Both the position numbers and the translations under genes were made by a program. From a virus, in the IMG/VR virus record IMGVR_UViG_3300036985_001643, positions 15,280 through 79,279 of that record: 64,000 nt of DNA; one strand, written 5' to 3'. Of the stretch, positions 1 through 10,352 are shown one piece after another. Every line of letters begins with the position of its first letter. Position 1 is the stretch's first letter. Below the pieces are notes generated by a model, which was given only the letters and a program-made list of their open reading frames with translations, ran no database searches and was not told the origin of the DNA.

Positions 1-1
1 A

Positions 2-541
2 TCTACTAAATCCTATACTGTAGGTACTAACCCAGGAGGTTGGGGAACACCTAACGATAGTGCATCAGCTATTACAGTAGCTAATGTTAAAGTATACGAT
101 TCAACAGCAACAACATTATTGCAAACATTTCCCCTTAAAAGCACTAGTGTTAACTTATATGCTGGTAATATAAACTATCCAACTTCTGACGAGTTTGTTA
201 TTCTACAAGACGCTTTGTGGACACAACCTGACGGTATATACAAAATAGTTTATACTATTACTACTACAGCTACAGTTGTTACTAATACTTACGAATTATT
301 CTTATGTAATTTGTGTAACTGTAGAGACAATTTAATTGTCAAATTGATAGACGCTTGTTCAACAGAAACCGTTAAAAGGTTAAAAGATCAAGTAGATCAA
401 ATGGAAATATTTATTTACGGAATAGAATCATCTTTTGCATGTGGTGACTTTGATACTGCTGAGGCTATACTTACAGCAGCTAGTACTTATTGTACTACTA
501 TATCAGGTTGTTTAGATTGTGGATGTGGAGGTAACTGTTAA
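2..541 (+). CDS. Virion structural protein, 5'-truncated by the window edge, with Cys-rich C-terminus
   Basis: Frame is open from nt 2 (STKSYTVGTNPGGWGTPNDS...), so the ORF-track start at 119 is internal; ends CLDCGCGGNC; lies in the structural arm. Confidence 0.6.
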   Translation, partial: STKSYTVGTNPGGWGTPNDSASAITVANVKVYDSTATTLLQTFPLKSTSVNLYAGNINYPTSDEFVILQDALWTQPDGIYKIVYTITTTATVVTNTYELFLCNLCNCRDNLIVKLIDACSTETVKRLKDQVDQMEIFIYGIESSFACGDFDTAEAILTAASTYCTTISGCLDCGCGGNC

Positions 542-552
542 TTTTAATTATT

Positions 553-1803
553 ATGTGTAAAGATTGTAAAGGTATTACTCTTATAAAAGGAGAGGACGGA
601 GTAGGAATAGTAAATATAGCAAATAATCCTAATGGGACAATTACTGTTTTATTATCTAATGGAACTAGTTATACTACTACTAGTCTTATGGGACCTGCTG
701 GAGCAGCAGGAGCTCAAGGAGCTTACGGAGGATGGTCAAGTAATTGGTTGTATAATACTGCTACTACTAATACTCCTGCAACTACTACAATGAGGTTTAA
801 TACTGTAAATCCTGCAGCAGCTACTAAGATTTATATTAATCAAGTTAATGCAGCTGGAACAACTATTTCTGACTTCTTAGATTCTTTTAAGAATACTAAC
901 GACAGTATTAATTATTACGGATTTCTTAAAATTTATAGAGAAGCTTCTCAAGAAGATGATTTCTTATACGTTAAAATTACAGGTTATTCTTTAGTTTCAG
1001 GTGTTGCTACTATAGATATTACACAGTTAGTTGCTAATGGTAGTTTTACAGCTAATGATTCTTTAGTTGTAGACTTTACTCCTCAAGGACCAACAGGTAC
1101 AACAGGTGGTTGGTCAAGCAAGTGGTCATTTAGTACTGCAGTAACAAGTACTCCCGTAGCTACAAAGTTACAGTTTAACAATGTTGATTTAGATATTGCT
1201 AATATTATCTATATTAACAAGATTAATATCACTAATACTCTTTCTTTAGGAGATTTCTTAAATGCTTTTAAAAACACTGTTGGTGGTGTAAATTACTACG
1301 GATTACTTAAAATCTACAACATAAATTCTCCAGAAACTAACTTTTGGATAGGAGAAATTACAGGATATACAGCAGTAGGTAGTGTAGTTCACTTGAATGT
1401 AACAATGATTCAACGTGAAGGTGTTTTCTTAGCAAACGATACTTTAGCAGTAGACTTTACACCTAATGGTTCTACAGATTTTAGACCTTATAAAGTGTAT
1501 TCAGCTTTAATCTCACAATCAAGTACTTCTGCTCCAACAGCTGTAGTATTAGAAAATAATTTAAGTGGACCTATTGTTTGGACTAGAGATTCATTAGGTA
1601 CTTACTTTGGAACTCTTGTAGGAGCATTTACTGCTTCTAAAACAATGGTATTATTAACTTTAAATTATGCTGCTGCATCAGTAACAGGTTATGCAGTTAG
1701 AAGTAGTACCGATGTTGTTATGTTGCAAACAATTAATGCTGGAAATACAGCAACAGATGGTAAATTAGTATCTGCTTCTTTAGAGATTAGAGTTTATAAT
1801 TAA
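553..1803 (+). CDS. Tail/capsid fibre-like protein with short collagen-like GXX stretch and tandem ~126-aa domain duplication
   Basis: GPAGAAGAQG stretch; two copies of GGWSS.W...VDFTP.G; C-terminal YKVYSALISQ...LEIRVYN domain of the kind seen in Bacteroidota phage fibres. Confidence 0.6.
   Translation: MCKDCKGITLIKGEDGVGIVNIANNPNGTITVLLSNGTSYTTTSLMGPAGAAGAQGAYGGWSSNWLYNTATTNTPATTTMRFNTVNPAAATKIYINQVNAAGTTISDFLDSFKNTNDSINYYGFLKIYREASQEDDFLYVKITGYSLVSGVATIDITQLVANGSFTANDSLVVDFTPQGPTGTTGGWSSKWSFSTAVTSTPVATKLQFNNVDLDIANIIYINKINITNTLSLGDFLNAFKNTVGGVNYYGLLKIYNINSPETNFWIGEITGYTAVGSVVHLNVTMIQREGVFLANDTLAVDFTPNGSTDFRPYKVYSALISQSSTSAPTAVVLENNLSGPIVWTRDSLGTYFGTLVGAFTASKTMVLLTLNYAAASVTGYAVRSSTDVVMLQTINAGNTATDGKLVSASLEIRVYN
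727..1470 (+). repeat. Intragenic tandem duplication, two copies, 378-nt period
   Basis: GGWSSNW at 727 and GGWSSKW at 1105; both units contain INYYG/VNYYG, ITGY and VDFTP.G. Confidence 0.85.
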
Positions 1804-1821
1804 TCAATAACACAATAGGTA

Positions 1822-2838
1822 ATGGGTGCTTGTAAATGCAATATTAGACTTACTTTCCAATTAGATAGTGGAGGAGCTTATCCTTTTACAACTACAGGAT
1901 TAGTTTCTCCTGAAGCTACTCTAATCAACGGACGTAATTATTACGAAACTCGTATTACTTATATCGATTACAGTGTTGATCCTTATGTAACAACTACAAA
2001 ATTAATAAGAATATTTTGGGATTCTACAAGTAACCTTTGGAAAGTTGTAGCGTTAGAAGCATGGGCAGGTTGGTGGAACAATGGAGATACTCTATTAACA
2101 TTAAACCTTAATCAAGATTGTCCTACTAGTACTTCAGGATGGACACTTGTTGATATAGTTGCTGGTAATATTAAATATCTACAAACAAGATGTGATACTG
2201 CAGAAGCTGTTGAAATATGTGCTAATTGGAGAACAAGAGCTTCAGAGACTGATCCTTTTTTAGACGTACCTTGTATTTGGGATCCTTACATATTTGCATT
2301 TACTTATTACGATCCTACACAATTATCTGTAGGAGATCCTATATCAATATTACAGTCTGATTTACCTGCAACTAGCACATTAGGTGCTACTATTGCTTTC
2401 TTGGTATATCAAGATGTTAATACTCCTACGTTATTTTACTTAGAACCAGGTATTGACAGAGATTTTATTGGAGCAATGTTATATGGTCCTACTGGTCTTT
2501 TATTACCTACAAATTATAACGGAAGTACATCTGCACCTAACTATGGTTATTTATGTCTTTACAAGTCTTCTTCTATTTCTACACCTACACAACAAGAAAT
2601 TGATGAAGAGTGTTATAACATATTAGTGTGGGATAAACAGTGCGAGTTTGGTAAAAACGTACATCACTATTTATTAAAATTAAAATTCGGTATTCAAACT
2701 TGTGAGGAGTTAGAGTGTTTAAAGAATCAACGTAGAGCTTTAAAAATACTAAACTGTTACGATACAAGAGATTTAGGTAGTATCATCCCTGAATACAATG
2801 CTTTACCTTATTCAACAATAAAAAAATTACTTGATTAA
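1822..2838 (+). CDS. Putative structural (tail hub/fibre-associated) protein
   Basis: 338-aa ORF among fibre genes; N-terminal MGACKC, Cys-containing helical C-terminus. Confidence 0.45.
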   Translation: MGACKCNIRLTFQLDSGGAYPFTTTGLVSPEATLINGRNYYETRITYIDYSVDPYVTTTKLIRIFWDSTSNLWKVVALEAWAGWWNNGDTLLTLNLNQDCPTSTSGWTLVDIVAGNIKYLQTRCDTAEAVEICANWRTRASETDPFLDVPCIWDPYIFAFTYYDPTQLSVGDPISILQSDLPATSTLGATIAFLVYQDVNTPTLFYLEPGIDRDFIGAMLYGPTGLLLPTNYNGSTSAPNYGYLCLYKSSSISTPTQQEIDEECYNILVWDKQCEFGKNVHHYLLKLKFGIQTCEELECLKNQRRALKILNCYDTRDLGSIIPEYNALPYSTIKKLLD

Positions 2839-2902
2839 TTCAAGTTACTTATATATTTATAAACAAATAAATCGTAAATTAGCGATTAAATATTTTTGAG
2901 AT

Positions 2903-3256
2903 ATGTCACAAAGAGAAGTATCAATCGTTGGAGGTCCTTACGGTACTAAAGCAAAGGTAACAGGACAAGAAGAATTAGTAGTTACCTTATCTAGTGGGGG
3001 TACAGTAGTACCTGTAGGAGGTGCTCCTAAAACACCTAACTTTATTAGAGCTACAGGTTCTAGTTCTATTGCAAGTGATTGTACTAGTGTATCAGTTGCT
3101 AACGTAGGAGCTGCTAATGGTACTTTCTTAGGAACTACTATTAAAACAGGTGAAACATTAAGTTTTGATGCAGGAGCAATAGGTAATTATTTTGCTGCAG
3201 GTTCTATCACATATAATGGTACAGGAACAGAATTATTAATTATTTATATCGTATAG
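2903..3256 (+). CDS. Small beta-rich virion protein
   Basis: 117 aa, G/T/S-rich, precedes the tailspike. Confidence 0.45.
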   Translation: MSQREVSIVGGPYGTKAKVTGQEELVVTLSSGGTVVPVGGAPKTPNFIRATGSSSIASDCTSVSVANVGAANGTFLGTTIKTGETLSFDAGAIGNYFAAGSITYNGTGTELLIIYIV

Positions 3257-3258
3257 TT

Positions 3259-5022
3259 ATGCCTACAGGAATTAGTATATCTTCAGGTGGTTCAATAACT
3301 ACCAATAATGCAGTATATGTTGCAGCTAATGGTGTAGATGCTACCGGAGCTAGAAACAATCTTGCTAAACCTTTTCTTACTTTAGAAGCAGCTAAAGCTG
3401 TAGCTGTATCAGGTGACACTATCTATGTATATCCTGGTACTTATACTATCACAACTACAGAAACAAGTGGTGTTGCTAAATCAGGTGTAAACTATGTGTT
3501 TGCTCCAGGTTGTATTATTAACAAATCTTCAGCAGGAGATATGTTTAATGACAATGGTTTTGCGTTACCTTGTAATGTATTTGGTTATGGATCAGCATTT
3601 TCTAAAACAGGTTCTGTAGGTGTTATCTACAAACAATATATAGCTAATGCTATTTTTGAAGCTACTACTGTAACTAATACTATCTCTCATTGTTTTGTAA
3701 CATATAGAGGTGAAATACACTTTAAAGTAGATTATGCTACTTCTACAGCTGGTGTTGTATTAGGTATGGCTCAATCTAATAGTTATGCAACCAATAGAGT
3801 AAGAGTAGATATGGTTACTTGGAGATCTACAGCTGCTAATGTTATAGGTGGATTCTCTTGGTGGTATTATACAGATTTAATTGTTAATGGTTCAGTAATG
3901 GAATCTACAGCTGCAAATGCAGTGGATAGTACACAATTAGCTACTTGTGTATTTAATGTTGTAAAAATATTAGGTACTAGTTATGGAATTACAGCTAATG
4001 ATTTTGGTGCTAATATAACTATAAATTGTACTTACTGTACAGGTTTTTCAGGTGGAGGTCAAGTAAAATTAAATGGTCATTTACAAAATGTTAACTATGG
4101 TGGATCTTTCTATACTAGTCTTATAGGAGGTACTTGTTCAAATGTGACAATTTTAGGAGGTACAGTTGACACAACTGTTCAAAATTATAATAGTGGTGAA
4201 AATACTAATATAACTATATCAGGAGGTAGTGCAAATATTAAAATTGGTACTAGTCATTACGGTTTTGGTATAAGTTCAACAGGTGGTTTATTAAATCTTT
4301 ATGGTACGCTTGTACAACAACAACAATCAGCTACTAGAGAAAGAACTATTAATGGTGGTACAGTAAATGTATACGCTAACTTTACACATGGAGGTAATCC
4401 TGATGCTGCAAGATGGTATTTCTTTAGACTTCAATCTGGTACTTTAAGATTAAAAAGTGCTAACATGAGAAACAACTTTAATTTTACAACAGCTCACGGT
4501 ATTGTGTGGACAGGTGGTACTTTAATAGTTGATGGTGTAAGTATGTACATTACTAATACTGGAGCATATCCTATTCAAGCATTAACAGCAGGTTTAAATT
4601 TAAAAGTTCTTTCAGGTGGTTTATCTACTAATCGTGTAGAAAGTGGTGGTGTATTAGCAGGTAAGAAAAGAAAAGATACACAAACTGTAGGATCTGTAAT
4701 TACTACATCTATACAATTAAACGATAATATAGCAGGTGGTTTTGAAACATTTACTGTTACAGATTTAGTTACTTATAATACAACAGCTAAAATAGCTCAA
4801 CAAATGGTAGCTCTTATTAACGCTTCTGCTACTTTAGATATAACAGCTAGTCAAGATATTCCAGGTACAGATACTTATTTCTATATAGAAGCAGACACAG
4901 TAGGAGTATCTTATACTCAACAAAGTGTAGTTAATATTGCTACAACTGCTATTAGAGAAAGTGCTTACGCTATTACTAACATTACAGGTGGTACTATTAT
5001 AGAAGATGCTGACGTAGAATAA
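3259..5022 (+). CDS. Tailspike / right-handed beta-helix (pectin lyase-like) receptor-binding protein, possible depolymerase
   Basis: N-terminal VYVAANG.D..G...KPFLTLEAA...SGDTIYVYPGTY beta-helix capping motif, followed by G/N/T-rich beta repeats. Confidence 0.7.
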   Translation: MPTGISISSGGSITTNNAVYVAANGVDATGARNNLAKPFLTLEAAKAVAVSGDTIYVYPGTYTITTTETSGVAKSGVNYVFAPGCIINKSSAGDMFNDNGFALPCNVFGYGSAFSKTGSVGVIYKQYIANAIFEATTVTNTISHCFVTYRGEIHFKVDYATSTAGVVLGMAQSNSYATNRVRVDMVTWRSTAANVIGGFSWWYYTDLIVNGSVMESTAANAVDSTQLATCVFNVVKILGTSYGITANDFGANITINCTYCTGFSGGGQVKLNGHLQNVNYGGSFYTSLIGGTCSNVTILGGTVDTTVQNYNSGENTNITISGGSANIKIGTSHYGFGISSTGGLLNLYGTLVQQQQSATRERTINGGTVNVYANFTHGGNPDAARWYFFRLQSGTLRLKSANMRNNFNFTTAHGIVWTGGTLIVDGVSMYITNTGAYPIQALTAGLNLKVLSGGLSTNRVESGGVLAGKKRKDTQTVGSVITTSIQLNDNIAGGFETFTVTDLVTYNTTAKIAQQMVALINASATLDITASQDIPGTDTYFYIEADTVGVSYTQQSVVNIATTAIRESAYAITNITGGTIIEDADVE

Positions 5023-5032
5023 AACAATAATC

Positions 5033-6535
5033 ATGGCTATAGAAATTATAAATAAAACAGGAGGAGCATTTCCTGTTACTAGACAAGTAGGAAGTTCTGC
5101 CGACCATGCAGGATTACCTAACAATTGTTACTTTGAACAAATAGATTTAAACTATCTTGTAAGATATAAAGATGCTACAGGTGCTATTATTGATGCTTTT
5201 AGTGCAGCAGCAGGTGGTTTAACATACTTCACAGAAGCTCAAAATAGTTCAGCACCAAATGCAACTGTAAAAGTTGATTCATTAACAGCTGTTTCAAGTA
5301 CAGCAAATGCTGATATTTCAATTGTGCCTAAAGGTACTGGAGCATTTCAATTAGCTGTTCCAGATAATACAACAACTGGTGGAAATAAAAGAGGCACTTA
5401 TGCAGTAGATTTACAAATATCTAGGATTAGTAACTCTCAAGTATCAAGTGGCGTTTATTCTACTATTTTAGGTGGAAGAGATAATACTGCATCAGGTTCT
5501 TATTCAGTTTGTATAGGTGGATATTCTAATTCATCTTCATCTTCTTATAGTTTATCAGGGGGACTTTATGCTCAATCTAGTGGAGTAGGATCTGTTGCAT
5601 TTGGTTTAAGAACAAAAGCAACAAATGATGGGGCTGTTTCTTTGGGTGGTAGTGCAAGTAGTGATAATACTGCTAGTGGTCAAAATTCTGTTGCAATAGG
5701 AATTAGTAATATATCAAATAATTTAGCTTCAGTTGCATTAGGGAATTCTAATACAGCGAGTGGTTCTGGTTCAGTATCATTAGGAGTATCAAATACAGCA
5801 AGTGGTTTATATAGTGTGTCAATTGGTTATGGAAATAACAATACTGGTACTTATGGTGCATTAGCTACTGGGTGGGTTAATACAATGTCTTCACAAGGTG
5901 GTTTTGTAGGTGGTTATAGTTGCAATCATTCTGGTAGTTATGGTCTTACAATGGGTTATGGTTCTTCTAATAGTGGTTCACAAACAATTGTTATTGGTCA
6001 AAGTATTACATCCACAACTGCATATTCTTTAGTTGTGGGACAAAATCATAATGTAACTGGGGGAAATAATTCAGTTGTTGGTGCTGGTGGAGTTATTATA
6101 AATGGTTTTGGAAGGCAAGTACAAGCTTTTTATAACACAGTTGTTGGAGATGCTCAAAATACAAAAATGGTTCTTACTAAAAGAACAACAGATGCCACAT
6201 TAACCCCATTAACAGTTGGTGGTACAGCACCTTATTTTGGTCAAAATGAATTTTCATTACAAGATAATAGCTGTGTAAGATTCAGAGGAACAATAGTTGG
6301 AAAACAAACTGGAAGTGCTAATATTGGAGTTTGGGATATAGATGGAGTTATATCTAAAGTTGGAACAATTACTATAAATGTAAATAATGTAACAGTTGTA
6401 ACAAATACTTCGGCATGGGGTACACCAACTTTAACTGTAAATGGTTTGCAAGGATTAAGAATAAATGTTTCAGGATTAGCAGGAACAAATATTCAATGGA
6501 CTTGTTATATAGATGCAACTGAAGTAGTATATTAA
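5033..6535 (+). CDS. Tail fibre with YadA/Hep-Hag-like head repeats
   Basis: Repeated ~14-aa NTASG..SVA.G motifs, about aa 135-350. Confidence 0.75.
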   Translation: MAIEIINKTGGAFPVTRQVGSSADHAGLPNNCYFEQIDLNYLVRYKDATGAIIDAFSAAAGGLTYFTEAQNSSAPNATVKVDSLTAVSSTANADISIVPKGTGAFQLAVPDNTTTGGNKRGTYAVDLQISRISNSQVSSGVYSTILGGRDNTASGSYSVCIGGYSNSSSSSYSLSGGLYAQSSGVGSVAFGLRTKATNDGAVSLGGSASSDNTASGQNSVAIGISNISNNLASVALGNSNTASGSGSVSLGVSNTASGLYSVSIGYGNNNTGTYGALATGWVNTMSSQGGFVGGYSCNHSGSYGLTMGYGSSNSGSQTIVIGQSITSTTAYSLVVGQNHNVTGGNNSVVGAGGVIINGFGRQVQAFYNTVVGDAQNTKMVLTKRTTDATLTPLTVGGTAPYFGQNEFSLQDNSCVRFRGTIVGKQTGSANIGVWDIDGVISKVGTITINVNNVTVVTNTSAWGTPTLTVNGLQGLRINVSGLAGTNIQWTCYIDATEVVY

Positions 6536-6552
6536 TATTTAATAATATAAAA

Positions 6553-6900
6553 ATGAAAATACAAACATTAATACCAGTAACTTATAATTCTGGAATCGCA
6601 AGTCAAGAAACATCAATTGTAAATGGTGTTTTAAACATGGTAGGTCAAGATTATTATAGAGATATGTATAACTTCAACTTCGCTTACACAAATGCTGAAG
6701 GAGTAAATATAAACACGACATCTTCTAGTTTTAGCTTAACAAAAGAACAAGTAGATGCTTTTTATGATGTAATTAAATTAGGAGTGCCAACAGATTTAGA
6801 ATACTTTGAAACTACTCAATATATTTACTATTTAGGTTTTAAAATTGAAATGGCTAACACTTTTGGAATTACACCTAACGACATCGAAATAATTTTATAA
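6553..6900 (+). CDS. Hypothetical protein (possible fibre assembly chaperone)
   Basis: 115-aa ORF directly after a fibre gene. Confidence 0.4.
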   Translation: MKIQTLIPVTYNSGIASQETSIVNGVLNMVGQDYYRDMYNFNFAYTNAEGVNINTTSSSFSLTKEQVDAFYDVIKLGVPTDLEYFETTQYIYYLGFKIEMANTFGITPNDIEIIL

Positions 6901-6909
6901 TTTAACAAA

Positions 6910-7098
6910 ATGGAGAAAGAATTGACAGCAGTAGAACAAGCACAAGCTATACTACAACAAGAGAAAGAAGAACGTGTACATAAATGTATCGAAGAGTTAA
7001 AAGAGTTATTAAAAGCTAATAACTGTGATTTAACTATTATACATTCAGTAAACGATCAGAATCAAATTTTAAGTAATATTCAATTAGTAGCTTTATAA
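6910..7098 (+). CDS. Small hypothetical protein (coiled coil)
   Basis: 62 aa, TAATG-coupled to the next gene. Confidence 0.45.
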   Translation: MEKELTAVEQAQAILQQEKEERVHKCIEELKELLKANNCDLTIIHSVNDQNQILSNIQLVAL

Positions 7099-7442
7099 TG
7101 GAATTACAAAATATAACAGTAGACTTCATTAAAAACGAAGTATTTACAATGTTCAACGAAGAGCATTACCAAGTAGACGTATTAGATAGTATCTTACCTA
7201 TCAAGGAAGAGTTTGAATCTACATACGGTATTACTTTTGAGAAAGTAGTAGTACAGTTAACAGAGGATCAACATCTATGTGAGGCACGTATATTGTGTCA
7301 GAACCCAGGTGATGATTTAGCACCTATTACTTTAGCTAGTATTGCAACAGAACATCCTAGTTTAATGACAACTCTACACAACATGAGGTTGGCTATTGAA
7401 GTAAAAGTACAAGAACAAATTGATGCTAAAATACCTGCATAA
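7098..7442 (+). CDS. Hypothetical protein
   Basis: 114 aa, TAATG-coupled on both sides. Confidence 0.5.
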   Translation: MELQNITVDFIKNEVFTMFNEEHYQVDVLDSILPIKEEFESTYGITFEKVVVQLTEDQHLCEARILCQNPGDDLAPITLASIATEHPSLMTTLHNMRLAIEVKVQEQIDAKIPA

Positions 7443-9349
7443 TGGCAATAAGATCGGTAAATATATCAGGAGGTAATGGTTTTCCTGTAAAGTTTGAGAT
7501 AGACACTGACGCAGATCATAGTGGTTTACCTAATAGTGTATTCTTCAAACAAGCAGATAAAGACTTTGTAGTTAGATACAAAGATGCTTTAGGTAATATA
7601 GTAGACGCATTCTTATCTCCAGGTAGTGGTGCAGGTCCTACTGTAGTAGCTAACTATTCAGCGTTACCTGCAGCTGCTGCAGCTATAGGATTATTTTATT
7701 GGGCTAGTAGTTCTCAAGGAACAAAATGGTTACCTGGTTCAGTAGGAGGAACTTATTATCCTAATGGATTATACTACTCAAATGGAACTAGTTGGGAATA
7801 TTTTGAAAGTCCTTACCAAGCTACACAGTCTGAAGTAAATACAGGAACAAATACTGATAAATTCGTTACTCCTTCTACTCTTTCTAATTCTACTCAATGG
7901 GCAACTAAATTAGATGCTAATAGTTCAATCAATGCTTTAAACGATGTAACTGTTTCAAGTCCTACTAATGGTCAATTATTGCAATACAACTTTACTACTT
8001 CACAGTGGGAAAACCAAAGTATTACAATAGGAACAGGTGATATGCAGAAAACAACTTATGACACAGATAATGATGGAATAGTTGATTACTCTGAAACTGT
8101 GCCAGTATTAGTAAGAAATAATAGTTCAGTTGATACATTAAGAAGAGGAACAATTGTTTATTTAAGTGGTTCAACTGGTTATAGACCAAATGCTGTAAAG
8201 GCTCAAGCAAATGCAGAAAGTACATCTAGTGGAACTTTTGGAAGTATTATTTCAGATATTGCTCCAAATTCTGATGGTTTAGTTTGTGCGATGGGAACTC
8301 TTCATAATTTAGATACAAGAAGTGGTGCACCTTTTCCATTTACTGCTGATACTTTAGTTGATGGAGATGCTTTATGGTTAGATCCTAATAATGCTGGTTA
8401 TGTAACTAAAACAAAACCACAAGCTCCAAATCATATAGTTTTTATTGGAATAGTTGCTAGAACACACCCTAGTTTGGGTCGTGTTGTTTACCGTATTTCA
8501 AATGGTTTTGAATTAGATGAATTACATAATGTTAAAATTGATAGTGGAACATTAGCAAATAATGACATCATTCAATATAATAGTTCAACTTCTTTATGGG
8601 AAAATAAACAACCTATAACATTTTTAAATCCTATTGAAACTTATAGAGGTATTTCATTTAATAATAATAGTACAACTGTTGTTTCTGAAGGTGGAATAAC
8701 AATGTCTAGTTCAGCTTCGACAACTGCTCAATCGGTTGCTTCTACTAATTTTGCTACAAAACAAATAAGATTAAGATATAGTGCAACAGTTGTTTCTGGT
8801 GGTCGATATACTGGAACTCGTGGAAGTGCATTACTTTGGTACATTCATGGTGGGTTTAGATATGTTTGTGATTTTAATATTTCAGATACTGCATATTCTG
8901 CTGGTTGCCAACAATTTTATGGGCTAGCTTCACAAACTACTGACTTAGCTTATGGTGGTGTTGGTGGTACTTTAGTAAGTACTTTAACTAATATTATAGG
9001 AGTAGGTTCTGAAAATGGAGATACTAATTTACAAGTTTTTCATAATGATGCAACAGGTACAGCAACTAAAGTAGATTTAGGAGTTAATTTTCCAGCTAAT
9101 AGAACGGTAGGAGCAATTTCAACAACTGTATATTCAATTGAATTATACAATGAACCTAGTTCTACAAATGTAAAATACAAGGTTACAAATAGCGAAACTG
9201 GAGCAATTGCAAACGGTACAATTTCAACAAACTTACCTTTAAGCTCTCAAGGTTTAAACTTTTTTGCTAGTAGGTGTATGTCAGTAACTTCAGTAACTAG
9301 TACTGGTCAATTTGACTTAATGAAATTAGGCGTTTATTCTCAATTATAA
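7442..9349 (+). CDS. Tail fibre protein
   Basis: N-terminus paralogous to that of 5033..6535; two L.(D/N)V.(V/I)......(Q/D)..QYN..TS.WEN fibre repeats; lectin-like beta-rich C-terminus. Confidence 0.7.
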   Translation: MAIRSVNISGGNGFPVKFEIDTDADHSGLPNSVFFKQADKDFVVRYKDALGNIVDAFLSPGSGAGPTVVANYSALPAAAAAIGLFYWASSSQGTKWLPGSVGGTYYPNGLYYSNGTSWEYFESPYQATQSEVNTGTNTDKFVTPSTLSNSTQWATKLDANSSINALNDVTVSSPTNGQLLQYNFTTSQWENQSITIGTGDMQKTTYDTDNDGIVDYSETVPVLVRNNSSVDTLRRGTIVYLSGSTGYRPNAVKAQANAESTSSGTFGSIISDIAPNSDGLVCAMGTLHNLDTRSGAPFPFTADTLVDGDALWLDPNNAGYVTKTKPQAPNHIVFIGIVARTHPSLGRVVYRISNGFELDELHNVKIDSGTLANNDIIQYNSSTSLWENKQPITFLNPIETYRGISFNNNSTTVVSEGGITMSSSASTTAQSVASTNFATKQIRLRYSATVVSGGRYTGTRGSALLWYIHGGFRYVCDFNISDTAYSAGCQQFYGLASQTTDLAYGGVGGTLVSTLTNIIGVGSENGDTNLQVFHNDATGTATKVDLGVNFPANRTVGAISTTVYSIELYNEPSSTNVKYKVTNSETGAIANGTISTNLPLSSQGLNFFASRCMSVTSVTSTGQFDLMKLGVYSQL

Positions 9350-9352
9350 AAT

Positions 9353-9583
9353 ATGCAACAATTTATATTAACAGCAGAAACAATTACTTTAGACGATGGT
9401 AATTATAACATAATGCTACACCCAAATGAAGCTATACATAATTACACACACACTTATAAATTTGTAGAAAGTGGAAGTTTAAATCAAGCATTAATTGATA
9501 ATTTCATTATTGAACAAACTCCTTTATTATTTAATACTTTACAAACTTATTATCCTGCTATTGCAGCTAATTATTATTTATAG
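9353..9583 (+). CDS. Hypothetical protein (possible fibre chaperone)
   Basis: 76-aa ORF right after a fibre gene. Confidence 0.4.
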   Translation: MQQFILTAETITLDDGNYNIMLHPNEAIHNYTHTYKFVESGSLNQALIDNFIIEQTPLLFNTLQTYYPAIAANYYL

Positions 9584-9618
9584 TATTAAAATAAAAATTA
9601 ATTATTAAATTTACAGTT

Positions 9619-9861
9619 ATGAATATTAAAGAAAGATTTTTAGGAAAAACTCCAAAGTTTTGGAAAAAAGTACAACGCATAGGAGTAGTAGCGTTAGGAA
9701 TATCAGGTGTTATTATGGCATCTCCTATTGCATTACCTGCTGCAGCTATTACAGCTGCTGGATACTTAGCTACTGTAGGAGGTACTATTACAGCATTAAG
9801 TCAATTAACTGTAGAAGATTCTACTGCTACTACTACTAAAACTAAAAGAACTAGAAAATGA
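9619..9861 (+). CDS. Holin-like membrane protein
   Basis: KTPKFWKKV followed by two hydrophobic segments and a basic tail; heads the lysis cassette. Confidence 0.65.
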   Translation: MNIKERFLGKTPKFWKKVQRIGVVALGISGVIMASPIALPAAAITAAGYLATVGGTITALSQLTVEDSTATTTKTKRTRK

Positions 9862-10352
9862 ATCCAACTAACTTAAAAACAGGTGATGTATTACACTGTA
9901 GAGGTAAAAGATTATTAAGTAACCTAATTGCAGGTGCTACTAAATCTAAGTTTTCTCACACTGCTTTGTTTGTAGAAATATGGGGACAACCTTATGTTAT
10001 CGATGCACAAAAAGATGGAGTTAACGTAAGACCTTGGGATGCTTGGATGAAAGAGTACGACTATACTATTACAGCAATGAGATCTCCTAATAAATTACAA
10101 GAGAAATCTTTTGCTGCAAGAGCTTTAACTAAAGTAGGTCATACAGGATACGACTTTGAAAGTTTATTCTTACGTCAACCTAGTAAGTTACTTACAGGTA
10201 AATGGAAGGTTAAAGGTAACGAAGACGAGCGTATGTATTGTAGTGAATACGTAGCTTGGGTATACGGTGTAGAAAAAAGTTACAGAATGTCACCAGAAGA
10301 CTTTTACAATTGGTGTATTATTAATAACTTTACAGAAATTAAACTATCATGA
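9858..10352 (+). CDS. Permuted papain-like (YiiX/YaeF, NlpC/P60 superfamily) amidase
   Basis: GDVL...FSHTALFV (His first), YDF, YCSEYVAWVY (Cys last): circularly permuted order. Confidence 0.85.
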   Translation: MNPTNLKTGDVLHCRGKRLLSNLIAGATKSKFSHTALFVEIWGQPYVIDAQKDGVNVRPWDAWMKEYDYTITAMRSPNKLQEKSFAARALTKVGHTGYDFESLFLRQPSKLLTGKWKVKGNEDERMYCSEYVAWVYGVEKSYRMSPEDFYNWCIINNFTEIKLS

